From Octopus bimaculoides (Eukaryota), in the NCBI RefSeq assembly GCF_001194135.2, contig NC_069004.1, positions 2,083,968 to 2,147,967 on the forward strand: 64,000 bases of DNA. The letters are read 5' to 3'. Every line of letters begins with the position of its first letter. Positions within the stretch are counted from its first letter, which is position 1. Both the position numbers and the translations under genes were made by a program. Positions 10,915 to 22,974 of the stretch are shown in pieces. Below the pieces are notes generated by a model, which did no database searches, was not told where the DNA came from, and was given only the letters and a program-made list of their open reading frames with translations.

Positions 10915-12645
10915 GTAAGTGCTTGTTTTCGTGTTCCTATCATCCGCTTAAAATACCTGGTCCTCAATATTAAATCCTGGCAAGATTTGTTTTGTGTTCG
11001 TGTCATCATGGTGGGGCACACACATACACACTTCACCCCGCTCCCTGTGTTTATACATCTGCACCTTTTATATACACCTGTCGACATACATATACACACA
11101 AGTGCCTTTGTTTATATTAAATACAATTTCGAAAATGTTATTTAAACTATTTTCTTTTTAACAACCAAAATATTTCTGAATTGCAAATTTATTGGAAAAG
11201 TATCTTTTGTGTTTCTATAATACATATGTTGTATAATTTAATAATGCAGTGTTTAATATGTTGTATAATGTGGTGTCTTTGGTTTTACTATATTCACAGT
11301 TGATATATTATACCATATTTAATGTGTCTCTGAGCATTGATCACGTTTTCAATAGTTTATTCATCTTTTGTTTATATAGTTCTAGAAAACAACTGTAAGA
11401 TGGTGATATTTTAACGTGCGTGCGTGTGTGTGTGGTGTAGGTATATATATATATATATATNNNNNNNNNNNNNNNNNNNNNNNNNNNNNNNNNNNNNNNN
11501 NNNNNNNNNNNNNNNNNNNNNNNNNNNNNNNNNNNNNTGTGTGTGTATATATATATATATGTATATATATATCGAAAAATTTACCTATATATCTACACAC
11601 ACACACACACACACTATAAGTGGTTGGGTAAGGAGACCTTATAATTAAAGGTGTTCCCGCAATGACCATTCCGTCTTCTCGGGCATTTCGTATCCCAGAT
11701 TATATATCCAATATGTTCCCCACCTTTTTTAAAGGCAACTTTTTTTTGGTTGCTATCTCTAGTAGGTCGAGTCCTCTTGTAGAGGGGACCCATCGTTGAT
11801 CTGTGTGTGTGTGTGTGTGTATTTATATGTGAGGTGGTGTAAGGGGTTTCGTATTTGATTCGTTACTTGCCGTATGTCTTCATACATCACTGTTTTTGTT
11901 TACATTTTAACAGAGGTTGACAAAGAAAAGCGACTTGCTTAAGAGGTAGTTCTTCAAATATATATCTGCTGTAGCTTAACGATTTTTAAAGAAATTTCCA
12001 ATTATTGATCTTCTTAGATGATTGATTTCTATAGTAACACTGATTTTAGAACCCTTCAGAAATTCAATTCCCTGATGTTATTTTCATAGAACAAGAGCAA
12101 AATGTCTATCTAAACTTGGGTGAGTTTTTTAACTTCCTTTTTTCCCCAAAAAATTTATGTTAAACCGATAGAAACTCTTCGGTTAAGTAACGATAGAAAT
12201 CTAATTAAACAAATCTATATTTTATAAAGGAAAGGGAGTATCTCAATTGAACCGATCCCTCTTGTTTTATCGATTTTTGGTAGGGTTGCGTTGAAAACTC
12301 GTCGATTCTGGCGAGATTTGAATGAAGCTGATTTCAGTTATTGTGAAGCATTTTATGTAATTTTTGAAATTCTGTGCAAATGATACAAACAATGATCGTC
12401 GTTTATTGAAGCTTCAGTTTTAAAGGGTGGAAATAAATTCTGTTTTGTAAGCAAAACTGGGTTTGTCGACTCGATTCATCGAGAAGAACTCGGCACCGCA
12501 GTGCGTCACCCCCAAACACAACACCATTTGAGGACGGCGGTTGGATGGCATAGACACAGGAAATAACGAGTACGGGTACGAAAGTACCGCGAGTAAAATT
12601 ATAGAAATATAATTTTGATCAAGTCAGTCTCTTGTTCCTCTGCAG

Positions 12646-12663
12646 GTACCACAGGCTCTTCAG
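12646..12663 (+). CDS. Candidate in-frame microexon (VPQALQ) with a GC donor; an alternative longer form ends at 12702
   Basis: Strong acceptor ctcttgttcctctgcag|12646. CAG|gcaagt after 18 nt matches the GC-donor consensus, and a second CAG|gcaaga follows after 57 nt. Both lengths are multiples of 3 and stop-free in phase 0. Confidence 0.35.
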
Positions 12664-15600
12664 GCAAGTTATGGTTTTCTTGAAGACCCGGTGCACCCAC
12701 AGGCAAGACTCAGTAGGAAGGGACTGGCTCAATCAAAATTATATATATATAATCTCTATTATTGTATTGAGTCACCTGTTTCCAACAGTCAATACTAAGT
12801 GGTGTGTGTGTAAGGTAGAATCGATTTTATCCATCAACTTCCATGTTGGTTTTTTGGGTTTTTTTAAAAAATTCTTTCATGCTTCTCGTTATTTTGGATC
12901 CTACTTGATAACAGAAATGCTATCTGTCTTGCTTATACATCATTGTCTCCATACTGTAGGTAGTTTATTTACTTGGCTAAGCCTAGCGGATAGATCGGTG
13001 AAGTTTGGCATATTGTTGAATCCTCAGTTAATCAATTACGTGTAAAATTAATTGATTTTAAAATTAAGATTCGGGTTATCTATATTAAAACATCGGCGTT
13101 TGATTCGTTACAGTACTATGCTGTTTTAATATTTGTCGAATCAACTCCTAATAAAAGAAATTAAAATGTACCCGTACACACAGTGAAAGAACTGCTGGTA
13201 CAATCATATATATACGAGCGAGTCAGGGAATGTTACCTATCACTTGACTAACTTAATTTTCTTTATTTCAGTCGGTATATATATATGTATGTAATTTTGA
13301 TGATAGATAAAACTTAAACAAAATCAAGAAAGAATTGCCGTATTGAGCGGGCCAACAATTTAACGGTTGCTAGTGTTGGTGAAAAAAAAAAAAAAAAAAA
13401 AAAANNNNNNNNNNNNNNNNNNNNNNNNNNNNNNNNNNNNNNNNAAAAGAAACACACGCCCGAAAGATAAATGAAATTATTTTATGGGGTTAAATATTAA
13501 AAGATAGGATAATGAAGTATTTACGTTGGCAAATTATGTTGATAACATTCGCGAACAGCTTGTATGTGTGACAACACGCTTCTTTAAAATAAGTTTTGGG
13601 AAGAAAAAAACGAAGAAAAATGTGACAAAGATAATTGTTTTATTTTATTGTCATAAATGTCTCAGATCTTTTACTTGTTTCAGTCACCGGGCTATGGCCA
13701 TGCTAGAGCATCACCTCGAAGGGTTTAGGCCATCAAATCGACCCCACTTTTTATTTCTAAGCGTGGTTCACTTCTTATTCTGTCGGTTTCTTTTGCCGAA
13801 CTGCTATATTACGGATGACGTAAACAAACCAACGCTAATTGTCAAGAAGTAGGGGTGGGGACATCACCGCCACCACTACCATCATCATCATCATCAAGGA
13901 TAAGTCTATTGTTCAACCCTTGCATGGGTTTGACGGAATTTTTTGTTCAGGTAGATCTTCAATGATTCCATTGCTCACAACTCCCCTTGTCTCTCCTAGA
14001 CCAAGATGACTGATATAGAAGCCTAGTATCTCAAATGAACTCCCCAAAAACCTAGTGTGGAGCAACAGAATATTAGTGATAAAACAGTAAACAGGAGGAC
14101 ACCATAGAGATGACGTGCTGTTGACTATCTGGACATTATAAAAAAAAGAAATGCAAAAGGCAGCGTTGTACCACATATGGTAAACTACTTCTTGCTAAAG
14201 CGTACAGTGTGTTACTCTGAAGCTGCTTGGAATATCTGGATTGCTGGAACTGGAAGTTCACATCTGGTTGAAAATCTTCAATTGATCATGATGCTACAGT
14301 AGGTGTAAAAAGATAACTTTTATTTGGATAAAAACTACTAAATTGTGTTTCTTCTGTGAATAGAATCAATTCAATTTTGATGAATCTTTACATTTCCTTT
14401 CTGATATGTAAAGACAGTGAGATACGCTTAATCCTAAAGCATTTCTGCTTCATTCCTTATGGATAGGACTTTCAAGGGAAGTGGGATGGGGCAGTCCAAA
14501 AAACCACAATGGCTTTTTGTCAAGTCCAGGCTCATTTTAGCAATGCAATTGCTAAAATTACCACCTCCTTATATAGAGATACAGTATTGAAGAATTTATC
14601 TGGCTTGTTTATTTGTATTTGTGTACGAGTGGGATAGTGAAAATATTGTTCATTTTGTATTTCATTTACCTTTTCAAAGTATCTTGTGAGTAGTTCATTT
14701 CTTTGAAACAAAGGATTATTTTGTAATGCACCAGAACTTTCTCTCGTGAATCTTCATCAGATTTTTGGTTTCTTTTACTCTTTTCATTTGAATGGAAGCA
14801 TTTCATTTCATTTTTCAATTAGAAGGCTTTTTGTTTGTCTAGTTTATCCGGTTAAACGATTTGAGGTTATTTTCATCCTTGTTGTATGAAAATTGTTATT
14901 CTATCTTTGGGAATATTTTTAGGAAGCTTGCTTCTTCTCCTTGGAAAATATCTGAGTTTAGCTTGCATTAATGACATAAAATGCTTCAGTATCCTTTCGT
15001 TATCTTGCATACAACCTCTTTTAATCGGGCTGCTTGTTGTTGAAATGCTGAGCTATAAGGATCACATATTCTAGGTTTTGATCAGAGAAGATTATAGGGG
15101 TTATTCATTGCTATTTTAATGTATTCTACATTATTTGTGAAGAGGAGATTCAGTGTGGTGTTGGCTCTTAGTAAAGAGGACCATCAATGATGTTTACCAT
15201 TTTTCCAAATAAAATATGTGCAAAGGGAAGATAACTCCCGTTAGAACAATGGCTTGGAATCTGTGCCTGTTTTAAGCCAAGGTGCTGCACTGTGGGACTG
15301 AACCTGAAACCACATATGCGCCTATGTTAGAAATTTCTATTACTGTTACCATTAGTGGTATTAAGGTTTGTGGTTTTTATATTTTTGTTTATTTATATCT
15401 TGCTTGGTATTGGAGCCATTTGGATTGTTGCTAAAAATGTGGAGCTACCTGTAGATTCCTTGCAGTTGTAATGGTTGGCTGTTTACTTTATCAAGCTTAT
15501 GTAATTGTTATGGAGCTTTAACTGCAGAAGATCAGCCTGGAAATGTGTTGTGGCATAAAAGTTTAAAGAGATAAAAGACTGATTTGGTATGGTGGGATCA

Positions 15601-15779
15601 GCTGGTGGAGAGGTGGCTGCACATATGCTGTTAATGGATAACAACTAGATCGTTTGTCTTTTACTTTTGTTGGTCTCTTTTACTAAACTGCTAAGTTATA
15701 AGGATGTAAACAAATCAACACTAGTTGTCATGCAGTGAGGGTGGCAAACACACTCTCACCCTACCACACACGTTTATAC

Positions 15780-15925
15780 ACAATGGATTTCCACACAGTT
15801 TCCCTTGACCAAATCTACGCATAAAGCATTGGTCATCCTACAGCTATAATAAAAGACACGTGTTCAGGGTGCTGTGCAGTGGGACTGAACCTAAAACCAC
15901 ATGTTTTTAGAGCAAGCTTTTAAAC
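15780..15925 (-). mobile_element. SINE family A copy
   Basis: Reverse complement of the family A sequence (gtgggactgaacc...aagcattggtc). Confidence 0.65.
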
Positions 15926-16136
15926 CACAGAGCCATCTACAACTTCTTGAATGTGCAAGATGTGATGTTTTGACATGGAATCACTTGGATGAGATAAACA
16001 AAGGATCAAGTCCTGCTGTACAGCAAACCAGCCCCTCCTAATCAACAATATGTAAAAACGACAGTGGTGAGGATGGTGGTATTATTTTTGTAGATTTGCT
16101 TATGTATTCTCACTGGATTGTTTGTTTAATTTGCAG

Positions 16137-16282
16137 GAGGCAATGGAGGTTCAGTCAGCTGTAGCTGCAGCCACTGGCACTATTATTGGTCAGCCTGAAG
16201 TTGAGACTTATGAACCAGAACCAGTACACACAATCCAAAATTCCAAGATAAGAATAAATCAGGAAAAAGATTTGTCCGTAAG
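16137..16282 (+). CDS. BTB gene constant exon C1 (EAMEVQSAVAAATG...QEKDLSVS)
   Basis: Acceptor tttaatttgcag|16137, open in phase 0, internal ATG at 16143. Donor AG|gtaaga is phase 2, matching the next exon. Confidence 0.75.
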
Positions 16283-16305
16283 GTAAGAATATTATCATTA
16301 TTATT

Positions 16306-16530
16306 AAGGCAGCGTGCTGGCAGAACCATTAGCACACTGTGCAAAATGCTTAGTGGCATTTTGTCTGTCCTTATGTTCTGAGTTCAAATTCCACCAAGGT
16401 TGACTTTGTGTTTCATCCTTTTGGGGTCAATGAAATATGTACCAGTTACTCACTAGGGTCAGTATAATCAACTAGCTCCCTCCCCTCAAATTTCAGGCCT
16501 TGTGCCTACAGTAGAAAGGACTATTATTAT
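16306..16530 (+). mobile_element. tRNA-derived SINE family B (aaggcggcgagctggcagaa...ctttcatcctttcggggtcgataaa...agtacc)
   Basis: B-box gagttcaaattcc. The central motif resembles the conserved domain of Deu/Nin-type SINEs (tentative). Confidence 0.7.
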
Positions 16531-16980
16531 TGTTATATAATTGCAAATTTGGGTACAAAAATGGGGGAACATTTGGAGTACTAGAGCAGGTGGGGGTGGA
16601 GAGTGATCTTGTTCTTCACCAAAAGTCAGATAAGGAATGATGCACGAGTTGTTGCATTGTCATGGTGCAGCATCTAGGTTTTGTTTGTCTCATATGCCCT
16701 CCTTTGTACTGTCTCCCTCTAATTCCTCCGGACAAATGAATAAGACTCTTTATTGATCATCTGGCTGCATCAAACAAACTTATGATGACCGACACCCTTC
16801 CCATGAAAACCTTATCATGACCACTTTCATATTAGAGTGAGCTCAACATAATGTTTTTGGCTGTGGTGGTGATCCAGCATTCATTGCAGTACAGGTAAAT
16901 CAGTAACTAACATATAGATGTGTGTGTTGATGAAAACATAGACAATGGTATTTATGTTAATCTCTCATTTGTATCAACAG

Positions 16981-17131
16981 CTTTTCCGCTTCTTCCCGCC
17001 CTGCAACCATCTTCAAAAAAACCTATGTCGATCCAGAACATGCAGATGGTATGATGAAATCATTGGCAAGTTTATGGAGGAAGAGGCGTTTATGTGATGC
17101 TAAAATTTGTAGTGGAAATAAAAATGTGATT
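16981..17131 (+). CDS. BTB gene constant exon C2, N-terminal part of the BTB/POZ domain
   Basis: Acceptor gtatcaacag|16981 (phase 2). Translates to ...YVDPEHADGMMKSLASLWRKRRLCDAKICSGNKNVI, the canonical BTB start (H...L..L...LCD). Donor ATT|gtaaga is phase 0. Confidence 0.85.
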
Positions 17132-17257
17132 GTAAGAATATTTTATTTATTTTTTGCTTTTAAAGATTATCTGGAATTTAATTTTGTTAGTGTTGTTTGT
17201 AAAAAAAAAAAATGTCTTGGAAATCATACTTTGTCTCATTATTTAGTTTTTGTTGAT

Positions 17258-17530
17258 AAGGTGGTGAGCTGGCAGAATTGTTAGCTTATCATTATAGCTC
17301 TTGACATTTTGAGTTCAAATCCCACCAAAGTCAGCTTTACCTTTCATTGTTTTGGGGTTGATAAAATAAACACCAATTGAGCAGTGGGTTCATTGTAATC
17401 AACTTATCCCTCTCCCCCTAATATTGCTGGCCTTGTGCCAAAATTTGAAACCTTATTATTATTAAGGCGAGCTGGCAGAATCGTTAGCATGCCAGGCAAA
17501 ATGCTTTGTGGCATTTTGTCTGTCCTTATT
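17258..17530 (+). mobile_element. SINE family B copy plus a second 5' fragment
   Basis: aaggtggtgagctggcagaattg... and aaggcgagctggcagaatcgttagc. Confidence 0.7.
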
Positions 17531-17754
17531 CCAGCATGAAAAGTGGATGTTAAACGATGATGATGATTATTATTAGAAATTGTATTAAAAAAAATTAACA
17601 TATTTTGTGTATTGCAGAAATATAACCAATTTATTGCACATAAATTTTAACAACAAAATCTTACATGGGTCCCCAGTTGAGAACCACTGCTATAAATCTA
17701 GATGACTAATTATTTACAGTATTTCTTATGGAGTGTTATTAATTTCTTTTCCAG

Positions 17755-18687
17755 TTACATCGTTTGGTTCTGTTTGCTGCCAGTCCTCACTTGATGGAAA
17801 AAAATATTACCGATGGTGCTGACTTGGAAGTGAATCTTCCACCAGGGATTAGTGAAGATGGACTGAAAATATTTGTCAGCTTTCTCTATGACGGTGTCCT
17901 TAATCTTAACGAACATCTGTATAAGGATGTCGAACGAATATCTAATCTGTTAAAAGTTGATAAAATTCAGAAACACTGCCGAGAGTTTGCTGCCAGTCTA
18001 AACGAACACAAGCAAATGACCAGCTCCCCGTCGACGTTGACGCCACGCCACCGAGATTCTCTTCCCAAGTCACAGAGTAATCGTCAAACAGTGGTATTGA
18101 CATTGAGTGATGATTCTAATCCTGCTGATGTAGCTTTTGACAACCAAGAACAGAATGTAGGTTTGTCGCATTCTCACCTGGAAGAAGTTCATAATTCACT
18201 GCTCGATGAGAGGATTCAATCTCTAAACGAACAGCATAATTATTTAACCTCTCACCAAAATCAGTTTCCTTCCACTTCCCAAGCCTCTTCCATGTCTCTA
18301 CAGAGTAGCAGTTCAGTCAGTGCCATTCCTTCTGAATGTGGTATCAAAACTGAACCAATTGAGATCTTAGACGATGACGTTACAGACTACAATCTATCTC
18401 AAGAGGACATTAAACAATGCAAACCCAGTATCAATCAGAGTGGCAAAGGTTACTCGGACGACAGTTCCAACTCGGAACCCCATAGACGATCATCTCAAGG
18501 GCACATTTCAAGTAAGGTTACAAGAACTTATATGACACCTAGTAAATGTGAATCAGGCATAGAGTTGGCTCCAATGGAAAGTATTTCTACTTGTGCCACC
18601 ACTGGGGCATCACCCTATCCAGTCAGTTTAGTAGCTTCATCTGGAGAGACGTTCCCACTTTATACCTTATCGTCCAATCAATCCTGA
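17755..18687 (+). CDS. BTB gene terminal constant exon C3: rest of the BTB domain plus a Ser/Gln-rich tail, stop at 18687
   Basis: Acceptor tttcttttccag|17755. LHRLVLFAASP...ISEDGLKIFVSFLYDGVLNL...VERISNLLKVDKIQKHC matches the ZBTB/Tramtrack-type BTB (HRxVLxAxS, F.Y.G.L). No C2H2 or other finger motif occurs before TGA. The three constant exons total 409 aa. Confidence 0.88.
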   Translation, partial: LHRLVLFAASPHLMEKNITDGADLEVNLPPGISEDGLKIFVSFLYDGVLNLNEHLYKDVERISNLLKVDKIQKHCREFAASLNEHKQMTSSPSTLTPRHRDSLPKSQSNRQTVVLTLSDDSNPADVAFDNQEQNVGLSHSHLEEVHNSLLDERIQSLNEQHNYLTSHQNQFPSTSQASSMSLQSSSSVSAIPSECGIKTEPIEILDDDVTDYNLSQEDIKQCKPSINQSGKGYSDDSSNSEPHRRSSQGHISSKVTRTYMTPSKCESGIELAPMESISTCATTGASPYPVSLVASSGETFPLYTLSSNQS

Positions 18688-19519
18688 CACTGCCTGAAAT
18701 TTGTCAAACAAGTTCAGAAATATATTTTTTACTTATGTCAATCTATAGATTATGTAATAATATTTCTTGGGATCTTTGTAATGTCAACAAAATGTGATTT
18801 AGCTGTTAAAGATGTGGTGTCTGAGTGTGCGCTTGCATGCATGAGTGAAAATAGGTGTTGGTGAAAGGAAGGAGAAAGTCTTAACAGTCAGTACCAGCTT
18901 AGTATCTCCAAAGATGTTTGGTGCTGCCAGTCTACAAAAGTGTTAAAACTTAATTGTTGCCTTAGATTTTAATTAAAGAAAATATCCATTGCCTGGCTAG
19001 AATATGCATCAGTGCACATGTCTCTGTGCATGTTATTGCACTGTGTGCGTCATCCGTGTATGAAAGCATCTACAGGCTCATTTTTTTATGCTGACTGAAT
19101 GCAGAATGGTTTCCCCCACCACCCAATTTTACTATTTTCATCTGTTCTGTAGGATTTGTTCATGATACATCTTTAAAATATATCCTCTTGAAAGCAATAT
19201 GTAATCTTTTTGGTGTGTTACTGAAAAAGCAAAATATATCTATTTTATTTAATAAGTACATCAGCAATACTACAATAATCAATGTACTTAACAGCAATAT
19301 TATATGTTCATATAATGGCTGATTATGTTGTTATATATTTTCTTCAATTTCAATCCAGTAGTGACTTACAAAGAGAATTTCTTTTATTCCCACCAAGTGA
19401 TCTTAGAAGTAAACTTTTGTTGTTGGCAGCTCTGAATATCTCTACCCATCCCAGTTTATGTATATTGTCAGGGTTCTGAAAAACTTTCCATTGCAAACCC
19501 AAACATTTTTACAAATACA

Positions 19520-19556
<37 letters not shown>

Positions 19557-20193
19557 ATGATTTTACATTAGCAATGAGTGATCATCTCCAGAGAATACTT
19601 GAGCTTTCACCTGATAGTAAAATATTTCTTTAAGGTTTTGCATTCGTTTCCTTACGAATATCTCCATACATTTTTTTTGTTATTCCTTAGTAGATGATTT
19701 TAGGTATTCTCGAATATATTTTTTGTTGCTCAGAAAGGGTAAGTTATAAGAACCACTTTCTTATATTTCTTTGTAGTAAATGCCCATAATGAGTACCTTT
19801 TGGTGGTATTTCACTAGAATGTCTGTGGTACTGAAAATATTCTTCCTCATAAAAAAATGTGAGGGAAATTAAAATAATATACATTGCAAAAAGTTTCTTT
19901 TTGTATACAAGTTGCTGTTCCACTTATTACTTAGATAATAAATTTGATACTTGCTGTGGCAAAGTTGTACTTTTAAGCAGGCAAATTAGTTGTGTGTGTG
20001 TGGGAAACTAAATTGAGCGGTTAGTAATTTGAAACTAACCATTCATAAGAAAATTTACGTTGAATTCCATTCCATACAAAATCCTTTAATTATCAATTTC
20101 AATGTTGAAAATCATTGTTGAGTGAGTAGTGTTTCATAGTTGCACAGATTAACCTTTATATAGACGTAAAAAGTAATAATGCTTTGAAGATAC

Positions 20194-20226
<33 letters not shown>

Positions 20227-21508
20227 TACAATATCTTAGTTAAGTGTAACAGAGATTTTAAAGGAGTAAGAGTGATCTAGCTCTGCTAGAACCATGATGG
20301 TTGAAATTTAAGAATGCTATATTAAAAATTATAGTTACATTCAGAATGTAGATGTAGTGTGACAGCATATAATGAAGTTACACAGTAACAAGATGACCTG
20401 TTACAATACATATCGAGTATATATTGAGACTGCTAACATTTGATGTTGTTGTCTCTTTTCCTTTGTATTAATTTTCAGTGAATAACACAAGACATTGAAA
20501 CAAAATATTCCACCCCCTCCCCCGTCCCTTACATTTGATGCCTAACTGATACCTGTTGTCTTTATTCCCCCCACCTCATCAACAGTGGGTTCTCCTCTCT
20601 CTCTCTCTCTTTCTCCCCCCTCCTCCGAATAGTCACACAAAACTACACGGTTCTTCTGTTTACTTGGTCTGCAATTTGTCGACTCAACCCAAGTGACTAA
20701 CAAGTTTGGACTTAGCAGACAGTATTTTGACAATCATATAAAGTGTCTTTCTCTCTAGAAACAATGGTGCCACAGAAACTTTGAAAGTTTTGGTGGTCTA
20801 TCTTTGGATGTAATATTTAAAAGAAAAAAAAGAAAAGAAAAATCATATTTATTTTTAATTTATATTTTTTATTTAATCATTGTGAGTGCCATAGTGTGGC
20901 GAAACATTCTCTGCAAAGCTGAGTCCATGATCCAGTTCCAATTCCCGACTGGAACGACCTCACTTTGTTTAATGCCTTTCGGAAAGGCATGAATGTCACA
21001 AAATCCAGTTATCCTTCACCTGGATGTTTTATGCCTATGTAAAAAATATTTTTTAATAGAAATGCTATTATCTCTCTCTCTCTCTCTCTCCCCTTTTTTT
21101 TTTTTTTAGTCCTAAATGTCTGTAACATAACCATGGGAATTTAATCTCCCTGGCATCTCTTGCTTTGATCTGGATCAGCAGAATAAACAAAAACAAACTA
21201 TTGTATAAAGTTCTCATACAAACACACACCACATTTGTCAGATTAATATTTATTCTCCTAAGATTCTAATTTCAACCATAAAAGGATGCAAAAAAGAAAA
21301 AAAAAATTTGTGATATTAAAACTATTTCTTTTATTTTTTTATATTTTCTCTCCCTATTCCTTGGTAATACCTGTCTTATCTACATAGAATGCCTCTGTCT
21401 TCTACACAATAGAATTCTGTGTATGTAAGATAATTGTTCATCCCAAAATATCTCTCCATTCATTATGTTACTTGTCCTTGTTTTGATGTCTATCTCTTAG
21501 ACAGTAGC

Positions 21509-21547
<39 letters not shown>

Positions 21548-21740
21548 TTTAGCCCTAGGTCAGTCCTGATCAAGTAGACCTATGATTAAAGCTGTGACCA
21601 TCCTGTCTTTAGTTTCCATTTTTTTATTTCCGAGCGTAGTGTCTCTGCGACTACATTATTTGGTGTGATCTGAGGGAGATTTACAAGTTATTTCTCGCAG
21701 GTTGAGCAACATAAGAGGCTCTGTCATTGGATTGTGTGTG

Positions 21741-21771
<31 letters not shown>

Positions 21772-22848
21772 GAGAGAGTGAATGATGGTAGATGGATAAT
21801 AATAATAATACTGGGTCGAATACTTTCCGATATCAGATTTGGTGCCTTAGAATTTAGAGGTTAATTTGCTAGTCATCTCTCTCCCTGGCATCAACAAAAC
21901 ATGGAGGCTGAAGGGTTTCGACCTCACGAGCCTCGTTAAGGCAACCACATGTTGTTGCTTGCATTATTGGTTCTCCCAGCAGCCAAGATGATCTCAGATG
22001 TGCTTGCTGTGCATATTTCTGGCATCATACAAGTGATGCCTGAAGATAGATTACGACATCTGAGCAAAGTGGAATAGTCATTACCCCCCCCCCCCNNNNN
22101 NNNNNNNNNNNNNNNNNNNNNACTCCCCCAAATAAATAAAAAGGTGGGGAGTGGGGGTGGAACTTTCTTGTGATTGTACTGCAAATATCGTGGTGTATGA
22201 TTGTCTTACCTGATAATTAGTGATGTATAAAGTAAAATGGGGATTCTCCAATGTTGCCAATTCATGCTCTCTGCTGTTCCTTAATTTTTTTTGTTTTCTT
22301 TCCCCCCATCCCTGCCCTGTCACTCCCTAATTCTACAAACATTCATTTTGAACTGAAATTTTCCCTATCATTGCATATCTTCTCTCAGAACAATATTTAG
22401 TTCCCAGCTTGTCAGTTAGTGTCTATGTGTGCACGTGTGTGCATCCATGCATGCACATACACACACACACATGCATATATATATATTTACAACTGATATC
22501 TATTCTCTCATGATGTCCTGTTAAAATTTAAAAAAAAAAAAATTATCAACTTATTTTATATAAACTCTGAATATATTAGTTTTATGAACCCTGTTTATAT
22601 GGTTCGTTTTATAGTTATAATAAAAAAGATATCACACACTATTGTATTCGATATCATCACTGTAAAGTGTTCATTTCTTGTTTTTATACACATTTTCTAT
22701 TTCCCCAGGTTATTGCAGCATTTTTATGTTCAGTATATTATGGTCTAACAGAGCTTGTCTCAATTTCACCAAACAAGAATATCCTTTTATAAAACCTCTC
22801 CTTTGCCTTGAATTATTTCATGTTTTCATACACATTCTCTATTTTCTT

Positions 22849-22974
22849 GGGTGTGGCTGTGTGGTAAGAAGTTTGCTTCCCAATCACATGGCTCTAGGTT
22901 CAGTCTCATTGCATGGCACCTTGGGCAAGTGTCTTCTACTATAGCCCCATGATGACCTAAGCCTTGTAAGTGGA
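22849..22974 (+). mobile_element. tRNA-derived SINE family A copy (ggtgtggctgtgtggtaagaag...gggcaagtgtcttctactatagc)
   Basis: A-box and B-box-like head (tggctgtgtgg; ggttcagtc). Many similar copies in the window. Confidence 0.75.

Noticed and set aside
10915-11145. C-terminal extension of ORF 9583..11145
   Set aside because: It follows CAG|gtaagt and includes CA-repeat-derived HTHTH, so it is intronic read-through.
13960-14330. Coding-like composition that might be a fourth, decayed variable exon
   Set aside because: Stops in all frames and no identifiable domain, so it cannot be supported.
1072-16137. Trans-splicing as in mod(mdg4)
   Set aside because: All candidate exons are on the same strand and in order, so cis-splicing is sufficient.
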